Positions 11,604-19,800 of a stretch of 19,800 nucleotides of DNA are shown here, piece by piece. The stretch lies in NCBI GenBank assembly GCA_024626585.2, contig JANKJI020000004.1, forward strand, positions 132,701-152,500, given 5' to 3'. The notes beneath the pieces were generated by a model. The model searched no databases. It was not told where the DNA came from and was given only the letters and a program-made list of their open reading frames with translations. Position numbers and translations under genes: made by a program. Every line of letters starts with the position of its first letter. The stretch's first letter is position 1. The stretch comes from Ginkgo biloba. Its lineage: Eukaryota > Plantae > Ginkgophyta.

Positions 11604-11908
11604 NNNNNNNNNNNNNNNNNNNNNNNNNNNNNNNNNNNNNNNNNNNNNNNNNNNNNNGATTTCTTTCATAGCTTGCTACTTTAGACGGCACTATCCTTTT
11701 AACCATTTCTCTAGCCTCTGTCCTATGCCAAATCTCTAGTCAAACACTTGCAACAAAGTTGCCTTCCTCCAAGGAAGAGATTTGAGCACTTGTACAATGA
11801 AAACTTGTGCTAGAAAGGTGCTATAATGATAGAGCTCTAGCTTAGCAGTGTGCAAAATGCAGTAGTAGTAGAAAGCANNNNNNNNNNNNNNNNNNNNNNN
11901 NNNNNNNN

Positions 11909-12297
11909 TATTCTAGCCAAATTGCAGAAAATTGCAGATAGAGAGACAATACCTTGTAGAGAGAGATAGTATGGTCTTAGGAGTTGCTTAAGCCCAAACA
12001 AGCCCCTACTTATGCCAAAGCTAGGCACAATCTACTACATAAAGGATGATTTAACCTTGGGGCTGCCCTATGCCCCGAGAAGACCTCTATGGACCTTTGC
12101 TATCACAAATTAGTCCCTGAAAGGAGGCACCCTCTGCTAGAGCATCCTCATGACCCTTCTTTTCATAATTTTCTCACTTAATGAATTTCCAGCGTACTAA
12201 CCAATAACTACAAAATACGTGCACTAGCCTCTAGGACTTCTTGTCCCTTTTCGCACTAACCAAGATATGATTTGCTTGGCTGTCCTGGGATGTAACA
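11909..12297 (-). repeat. LTR fragment related to the LTR of gypsy relic B
   Basis: Starts TGTTACATCCCAGGA on the minus strand at 12297 (compare TGTTATAGCTCAGGA at 8525). 12115-12178 aligns by eye with 8301-8363. The left boundary runs into an N gap. Confidence 0.6.
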
Positions 12298-12863
12298 ATG
12301 TGAAATCTTCGATTATTGCATTGACGGCCCCAATTCTCTATTACAAATACATTTAAACATGTCATTAATGCGACAACAAGATTTGCTCATAAGCGAGACT
12401 GAATCTCTATGGTAACACAAGAAAAGCAATTTTTGACTTAGCACAAGTACAATTTTTTGGAAAAGACTAATGTACTCATTGTCCATCTTTTCTGATAATG
12501 ACACCTTCAACATGTACAGTCATTGGAGATGTTAGAATAATGCAAAAGCATATTTTATTATTCTAATAAAACATTTATTTTTCCATATAATACAATTTTC
12601 ACTAAGCTGNNNNNNNNNNNNNNNNNNNNNNNNNNNNNNNNNNNNNNNNNNNNNNNNNNNNNNNNNNNNNNNNNNNNNNNNNNNNNNNNNNNATATGTTA
12701 CAATTTGAAATTTGCTTTTGTAGCATCTACATCTAATCAACACATTTGAGTCAGATAATTGATCCTTACTATTTTTGACTGGCTTTTCAAGTTAATTGCA
12801 GTAGGCAATTGTCCTGAACATTTCATAGCCATTGAGCATATTCACCTCTAGGAGATGTCTTCC

Positions 12864-12959
12864 TTAAATCTTTGGATCATTCAAGGTACAAGGCTTCTTG
12901 GGAAATAAAACCGTTAGTAGCGTCTTACGATGATGAACAGCAGTAAGTGTTTTATCATC
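12864..12959 (-). CDS. FLVA: FLVA terminal exon with a frameshifted C-terminus
   Basis: Acceptor tgtctttgcAG|GAT; DDKTLTAVHHRKT then LLTVLFPKKPCTLNDPKI*. An out-of-frame CGC TAC TAA (R Y stop) lies at 12922-12914. Confidence 0.82.
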   Translation of the reverse strand, partial: DDKTLTAVHHRKTLLTVLFPKKPCTLNDPKI

Positions 12960-13336
12960 CTGCAAAGACATAAAGTTGTAATTACTTAGAAGATCAGAAC
13001 TTGCGTAAAGCAACCCAAGTAGTATTTCCCTTGATTCCACAGATTGATTGAACTGATAAGCATTAAAATGCATAAACAGTTTTTGCTCATAAAAGCAAAT
13101 AAAGACAGACAATACACAGAACGTACAGCATGCAGGGGTTTTCATACAAAGGGTAGAGATTAAGAAAGGCAAGAACATTTGAACTCTCTGGTATTTTTAA
13201 TTTCCACTAAACTTGCTAAGAAAACAACATTTAATACGTTACTTCCTTTCTCTTGTTCAAATGCAGCTCTACTTTCATCAGGAATTGATCATGGCTGGAT
13301 TTAATATTATATATTCCTTCTGATGCATGTTTGCAG

Positions 13337-14520
13337 AGAATTGGAAGCACTCTTGGGGCTGAATGAAATAGCTTAATTAATACAACTTGAACTTTCCCGA
13401 TCAAACACAAAAGGGCAAGATAAAGTCAATATTGCTTCATTGAACAGTTAATTTTCTACAAGCTGCCACGGTTTCCTCACAACTTAATAGAGCCATTAGA
13501 TTTACACACCTTGAGAAGAATGGAGAGATACAATGGTGGAAGTCACCCTCTAAGTGAGTGAAGACAAAGGAAAAATAAATGGAAACACGAATTGATGTTG
13601 GCCTCATCAAAAGTGATCTCAGTCAAGCATTCAATTTGATGGAGGACATCAGAGCCGCAACAGTTGATGAATTGTTACCAATCATGCCACTTATTATGAG
13701 AAATCAGGAGGTAAAGAAGTGGCTAGTAAAACTCGCAACAGATTTCAAGTAGCTGGTGAAAGTTTTCACTATCTCAATTCTTAGACTTTTAACACTACTG
13801 TCTGAAAAAGCGGTCAGTTATGGAAGTTTGGTGGAACTGGACATGTCAGGTGAGTTTCAAGTTCATGACTTCATTTGCATAGTGAAGTGTTGATCATTAA
13901 GGAAGAACTAGAGAGTGCTTTGTTGATGAAATCAGTTGGCTTCCATCAATCAGTGGATTCTCACCCAAACAATAGCCTACAAAAGACCTGGGGAACTCTT
14001 GAATGTGGAGTTCCCAAATGTACAAGAGAATTGTGTCAATCTAGACTCCAATTATATACCGGCTTGCAGGGTTGAGATGGGCTCTTCTTCATCAGCTGCT
14101 GCTAGAAGAGAAGCGACAAACAATTACCACTTTATCATGGAGCTGCCCAGTGAGGAAGAGGACAATTAGAAAATATAGTGTCCACATCTTCCTTTACTAT
14201 ATGGTAGTCTAGCTCTTTTCTCTAGTGGTAAAAAATGGTTAGCTCCAGAATTCGGTAATCCTAGATATAAGCAACCCTGATGCTATTATGTTTTACTCTG
14301 TGAACTTCCAAAGAAAGTGCCATATAGTCCGAGCACGCCCATGATAAGCATCGAGCTACCTGGACATATGGCAGCCATCAAATTAGAATATTTGGCAGAA
14401 TATTCCAATATCAAACTGTTACTGTGCTGTTGTACATCCAAGTTTCTTGAAATAAGCCACAGCCGTAAGCTAGTTTCCATTTTGCATGTAAAGATGAAGA
14501 GTCATAACTGTACAATTGTG
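13337..14520 (+). other. Unidentified exon-like, decayed coding-like segment antisense within the last FLVA intron
   Basis: Bounded by tttgcAG (AG at 13335-13336) and GTAAGT (14521). Several open stretches share one plus-strand frame (13579-13752, 13936-14169, 14281-14529). No TE motif recognised. Confidence 0.3.
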
Positions 14521-14951
14521 GTAAGTTGAGGTTGGTCTATTCTTATATGTGCTGAATAAAACCAATGATTTTTTAAAGGACAAAGAGATGTAAATGTTGT
14601 ACTGCTTACTTTTATTAATATAAGTAATGATTCCATGCTTTGCCTTACAATTGGCAGTTCCCTATTCATTCCAGGGCCTTAGTCACCATGTCTTCAGAAT
14701 CCCTTCTTTTATTGCCTTCTACATTGATGCATCTTTCTTTACCAATCTTTGGTTGTTGAAGTTGGAAGGTCATTTTGATGTTCTCATAATAATTCTTTTG
14801 TTGGCTTCTAAAGTAATGCATTTTTCTTCATAGAGCTTTCATTGTAGAAGTTGGGAGACCATTTCAATGTTCCAAAAGGCACACTTGTGATACTATACTT
14901 TGCAGTAGAAACTAAATCTCTATATGTGGATTTATCTGCCAGAAGACAGAC

Positions 14952-15041
14952 CTGTAGTTGGCCATCATCGACTGTTGCATAGAGGACCCAATGGTCTCCA
15001 GTTTCAAAGCGACTCTTTACAGTACATTCCATCCATGATAT
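14952..15041 (-). CDS. FLVA: FLVA flavin-reductase exon, frame intact
   Basis: Acceptor tgccttcAG|ATA; ISWMECTVKSRFETGDHWVLYATVDDGQLQ (90 nt, GDH motif); donor CAG|GTCTGT. Confidence 0.92.
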
Positions 15042-15212
15042 CTGAAGGCATGATGTAAAGAAATATTATAAATGGAAATTGCTGAATGAAATCCATCCTG
15101 AAAAGGTAACGACTGGAGAAGTTACAGAAAATAAACTACACACTTTCTCTTGTATAAAAAAATAAAGTGCATAACATTATTGTACTTAAGCTGAAGAGAA
15201 TCGCCAAAATAC

Positions 15213-15314
15213 CGCATCTAAAAGAATTCTTCCACCACTATTTGCTCGCTTTGTTTGCAGCCCCTCAAATCTAGGGTCTCCAGGTTTAAATGGCTTCAGA
15301 AGTTGCTTAATTGT
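15213..15314 (-). CDS. FLVA: FLVA flavin-reductase exon (5' part lost in an N gap), frame intact
   Basis: TIKQLLKPFKPGDPRFEGLQTKRANSGGRILLDA; donor GCG|GTATTT at 15213/15212; phase 0. Confidence 0.88.
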
Positions 15315-15449
15315 NNNNNNNNNNNNNNNNNNNNNNNNNNNNNNNNNNNNNNNNNNNNNNNNNNNNNNNNNNNNNNNNNNNNNNNNNNNNNNNNNNNNNN
15401 NNNNNNNNNNNNNNACACCGAATTGAACATAATTAATTGTCTCTTCCTT

Positions 15450-17300
15450 AGGATCCAAAACTCATCTCTAATTCTATGAAAAATTTAGTTATGAAAAAAA
15501 TCACAGAGTTCAATGCTCAGGTGGTCTGTTCAGAGGGATTGGTAGGAGGTTTACCCATTCTCTAGAGTTCTAAGTCCTTAAGGGGACTGGTGGAAGATCA
15601 AATTAGACACTGGATAACAATGATGATGTGTCAGTTGGATGAAGCTAGGGAGTTCTAGATTTTTATCATCTATGGGCCATCCATCATAGAGATAAGGAAC
15701 CCGTTTGGAGGTTGTTTTGGGATAGTCACAATGCTCTTGTTACATGGCACATGATTAACTAATACTCTATTGATAATTAGAATATAAGAAAAGAGAGCTT
15801 TTGATTCATCACTTATACTTGGTATTGACTCTTCGCTTTTGATGCTCACTAGACATTAAACGATTGTAGAGATCTACTATTAGTGAATAGGTGCTCTATT
15901 CAACAAAGATTGAGTGGATTCAAGTAGTTGCAATGGTTGTATCTTGATAAGAATTGTTCATAAGTCATGGATAATTCATGGTGGTTCTCTTCATGATTGA
16001 CGTAGTTTAATTTCTCATCCTATAGATTTGGATTCCATACTAAGCCAAAGATTGCAAAAAGAATAAATAAATAAATAACAAAATAATTGAATCATTTATC
16101 TTTTGTAAATGTAAAGATATTACACTTGATGATTGAGTTTGATCCATTGGTCGTACAATGATCCTCTAAGATGACTTATAGGTCATATGACATATAATTG
16201 CAAGTTCTAAGTATAAGTTGACCAAAGTATGATTAGGGCATTCTACAGGCATGGAGTTCTTTGGGTTCCTTTAACGTTTTTATAGGCCTCATAACATTTA
16301 AAGGATTTACAAGCAACAAGTTGAAGATTCTACGAAAGCCATTGTTTGAATCTACGTCATTATTTACTGAATTTGTACTAACAAGATGGTTGGATTCCAA
16401 TTCTTCTCTCATTATAGGTCACATTGACAAGATAGTTGGATTCTAGTTTTTCTCTAATCATATGTCACCAAATATGCAACTTTATTCAAGTAATATGAAC
16501 GCCATTGCTATCAAAATTGGTTAGTCCAAGTCCTACTCGCTTCTTCAAATCTTCGAGGGGCATAAAGGAATGTATTCTTACAGCCATGCTATTTATTCTA
16601 GTTGTAACTAGTTGAAGTACATTGGTCTCCTTTTTGGTGTCAAAATGAGTCCACTATGTCAATCTCTATATCATGAACGCTTTGTCAATTAACTCATTTT
16701 GATGGGATAAGCTTCAGTATTTTGAGAAAAAATTTGTTGGGATCCTTAGAACTCTTTGAAAGAGCATCTAGTTCTAAGATCAACAAACAAGAGTCTTAGA
16801 AATTCTAGTCCTTCCATCAAAAGGGCAATTTGGGGATTGAAAGGAATCTAGTGACAAAGTAAGAACCTATTTGGGAATACCATATCAATGGTTGGGATCC
16901 AATCTTTTAAAGAATAGAAATGAGCTACTAGTCTAACCACTTTGACATCAAAATTTAGAAGGAACAACTTGGGAATCCCATATCAATGGTTGGGATCCAA
17001 TCTTTTGAAAGAATAGAAATGAGCTACTAGTCTAGCCACTAAGACATCAAAATTTAGAAGGAACAACTCTCTCTACAATACCCCAATACATACTTATGAT
17101 TATGTCATCATGAAAAGTAGTTTTCATAAAGTTGCAAATGATTTTTACTAAACATATGTGCAAAGGTAAGGAGTCAATGGAAAGTGTTTCACTCCATTTA
17201 GTTAAAACACTTTGATTGCACAAAAATGTAAGGACTTAGTCTTTGTGTTTCCATTTAAGTGTCATTCTTGGCACTAGCCAAATTGTTGTGGAACATGTCA
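15450..17300 (-). mobile_element. Probable Ty1/copia relic (gag, protease, integrase), heavily decayed
   Basis: Faint minus-strand motifs in copia order: zinc-knuckle-like remnant (~16600), DSNGVHIT (DSG...H.T protease-like, ~16490-16515), NLLLV (NLLSV-like, ~16310) and TIATT (integrase AI.TA-like, ~15930). Recognised by eye; boundaries approximate. Confidence 0.45.
16871..17067. repeat. Direct tandem duplication, two units of 98 and 99 bp
   Basis: 16871-16968 versus 16969-17067 (ttgggaat.ccatatcaatggttgggatccaatctttt...aaatttagaaggaacaac): 4 substitutions and one 1-nt indel by manual alignment. Confidence 0.95.
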
Positions 17301-19174
17301 CAGGAAGAGGAACATATATGAAAGAAAGTTTTGATAGGCGAATATATGTACCCCGACTATCATAGTGATCCGTTTTCGGATCCTAGTAGTCAAGAATATG
17401 TCAAAATTTATGAAGTCCCGACTTGTGGTGGAATTTTCGGAGTAAAATANNNNNNNNNNNNNNNNNNNNNNNNNNNNNNNNNNNNNNNNNNNNNNNNNNN
17501 NNNNNNNNNNNNNNNNNNNNNNNNNNNNNNNNNNNNNNNNNNNNNNNNNAAGGGTTGTGGGGTGGAGTCTAGCAGATCTCTAATAGCTACTAGACATTGA
17601 TGGCTGCGTTTATGTGCCAAAGGTTTGGTTGCCCATATTATGCAAGACCTATAGGCGGTTCCCATGGCCAATAGAAGGTAGTTGGAGTCCTAGTTGCAAG
17701 TCATCCCTAGTCTATCAATCCTTTTTTCTACTAACCTAAAAACTAGCGCACTTGACTAACAACTACCATAATAAGTTTAAATGTATGTTATGTATGGGCC
17801 TTCATTACTACACTTAATTATGGTTGATTTTTATTTTTGAATGCATGACTAGAGTTGCCTCACTCTCTTATGCATTTCTATGTTTGATGGCAGGTCTAAT
17901 TAATTTGTTTTGCAAGTAGAGTAAGGGCAGGAATTTAGATTAATGGTGTAACAATTGATATTTAATGGATAACCACTTGGAAGAACATGTCATTTAATAT
18001 GAAGAGATGTCATTTATGTTTTAGAGAGAGAAAACGATATGACTAAGAGAGAGAATGAGTGGATTCAATGTAAAAGCTGAGTGCAAGTGCCTAGGGTTAG
18101 GTGTGAGAGCCCTGTTCTAACACTTTCTATTATGTAATTGTGAATTTATACGTAAAAAATGAAGATTATACCCACGTGTGTTTATTCTCTTCTACACTTG
18201 TGAATTACCAATGCATGTGTTTCTCCTTTATGATATGCTAAACCATTGCTAATGGTGGGCCCCATGCCTTGAACCATAATTAGTCAACATCAATACACTG
18301 ACTAATACCATAGCATGAATTGGACTCTGTGTAGTAATAGCCCAAAAATCTACAGATGACATTCAGAGTCGCAGCTCGAAGTTAAGTCAGTTATTGGATC
18401 GGATTTCAGCCTCACTAGGACACTGGAAGAAATTATCGACCTGCAAAGAAGGAACTGAATCATAGGAAGATTTGGGAGTCAAGAGAAGCACGCACACATG
18501 GAGGAACAAACTGCTACATTGGTGAATTGGATTGTAAAAGATCCACTGGAAAATTAAGAAGAGGCTTCTCCCTCCAGATTTTGGATTAGTAAACAAGTTA
18601 CTATTGTAATGAACTCCTGCATTTTGGAAAAGAGATGACCGACTGAATGGGCATAGCTTTACTTACTGATTTCTTTGAATGTGATTTAATTGCAGTACGA
18701 AAAGCATTTAACAGGTCAGTAATTTCATCTTTTTTGTCTCAAGTCCTTGTACTAAGTACTTTTCTCTGCCTGATTGCAATGTAATAGGGTAGATTAGCAG
18801 TTCTCTACTGAATCATTTCTTGGAAATGGCCACTGGTTTCTGACTTTCCACAGGCTGTCACTTTGTAAATGCTGACCTTACTTTAATTGACGTAGCTGGT
18901 TTTCAAAAAAATATGTAGAATAACTTAGATGAGTTGTCAAAAGCAGCACACAAGAAGTGGCTAAAGTTGTTTGATCTGAAGCAGCAGACAAGACGTGACT
19001 AAAGTTGTTTGATCTGGAAGCCGCAGCACATTGGTTCCCACCCAAAAGCAACTTTCTTTTGCAATAAGATATATACTTGAATTTCACCCAGTTATATAGG
19101 AGTAAAAACAGTCACTCCTACACTTCATATTATAAGCAAATCTCAAATGAATAACCGAAAATGCATGATACCAC

Positions 19175-19685
19175 CTGTATTGGAGTTGGCATATGGCCAC
19201 CTAAAGTAGGACTTCCAATGAAGAAACCATTACACCATCACACTAAACTAGCAACTTCCTCATTTGTGCTCTGCTCACAATTCAAGGTTTCCACTATAGT
19301 TCCAACTTTTAAGATTCCCTGACTTGTCGCCTGTGCAAGGGTTATTGTATTTCCATAGGATGACATATAAATTACACCTATTGTTGCTTCATCTATCTTA
19401 TTAGCCTTTGTTGTGTCCAAGCATTATACTCATGGACAAGCTTAGTTAGGGCATATTACACAATAGGCCCATGAATGGGGAAAATTGCTATAGTAACAAA
19501 AATACCCTCTACATTAAAGGGCCAGAAACTATAGCTAATGTACTCATTGATAGGTTAAGTGAACTAAGCATGTTAGAAAGGATGTAATTCACATCTGCCT
19601 TAACTATATCAATGCCTATTTTTCCTGTATAACTCAACTTAGCAAATTGTGCTACAATAGGTGGCTTTTGTAAAGTAGCATCATC
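19175..19685 (-). pseudogene. FLVA: FLVA exon (end of metallo-beta-lactamase domain and flavodoxin N-half), disrupted
   Basis: Reconstructed: DDATLQKPPIVAQFAKLSYTGKIGIDIVKADVNYILSNML...GPL/fs/VEGIFVTIAIFPIHGPIV*YALTKLVHEYNAWTQQ/fs/ANKIDEATIGVIYMSSYGNTITLAQATSQGILKVGTIVETLNCEQSTNEEVASLV*WCNGFFIGSPTLGGHMPTPIQ|GT. Stops at 19456-19458 (TAA) and 19238-19240 (TGA); frameshifts near 19515 and 19407. The 5' boundary is approximate. Confidence 0.9.
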
Positions 19686-19800
19686 TTTCCAAATGATTAT
19701 TGATGTATTAGGTTCCCTCCTTCTAGCTACCATATTGTCTCCAAAGGAATTTTTATGAATATGAATTTTGAGCTACAACATCTGGCTCTAACTTGGGGAT

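Larger units (their letters stand above)
12864..19685 (-). pseudogene. FLVA: Flavodiiron protein gene, FLVA/Flv1 type (metallo-beta-lactamase end, flavodoxin, flavin reductase); spliced, partial and apparently disabled
   Basis: Four exon pieces occur in the correct domain order: ~19685-19175, 15314-15213, 15041-14952 and 12959-12864. Diagnostic motifs are P.HGPIV, Y.SSYGNT..LAQ, IGSPTLGGHMPTPIQ, LLKPFKPGDPRFEGL, ECTVKSRFETGDHWVLYATV and AVHHRKT. The long insert before P.HGP favours FLVA over FLVB (from memory). Stops and frameshifts are present. Confidence 0.85.

Noticed and set aside
12960-14951. Intronic C/D-box snoRNA cluster suggested by several TGATGA and CTGA words
   Set aside because: I found no box pair with suitable spacing, terminal stem and recognisable rRNA guide; such words are expected by chance in AT-rich DNA.
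16871-17067. CRISPR-like or satellite array
   Set aside because: Only two contiguous units, no spacers, eukaryotic context.
18387-18440. Minus-strand acceptor-like site ttctttgcAG followed by VDNFFQCPSEAEIRSNN*
   Set aside because: The translation does not resemble the missing FLVA segment and ends in a stop; at most a cryptic site.
12864-19685. Cyanobacterial contamination or recent horizontal transfer as the source of the flavodiiron sequence
   Set aside because: The gene has spliceosomal GT-AG introns and lies among plant retroelements; FLV genes are native to non-angiosperm plants.

Overview
AT-rich, intron-containing, gap-riddled nuclear DNA from a land plant, probably not an angiosperm, because it carries a flavodiiron gene. 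Two host loci lie on the minus strand. (1) Five intact exons (2855-4341) from the 3' half of an hnRNP Q/R-like gene (last RRM, RGG box, Tyr/Gly/Ser-rich tail), with all four junctions in phase; its 5' exons and final exon(s) are not visible. (2) A spliced flavodiiron gene of the FLVA/Flv1 type (12864-~19685) that looks disabled. Its large metallo-beta-lactamase/flavodoxin exon has two internal stops and two frameshifts with a CpG-decay signature. Two flavin-reductase exons are still clean, and the last exon has an apparent small deletion that removes the usual C-terminus. The rest is decayed retroelement sequence (L1-like LINE pieces, two chromodomain-bearing Ty3/gypsy relics, two related LTRs, a probable Ty1/copia relic with a ~98-bp tandem duplication), plus an unexplained antisense exon-like, coding-like segment in the last FLVA intron. 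Five gaps of exactly 100 N make the long-range order uncertain. All family assignments come from motifs recognised by eye; no searches were run.
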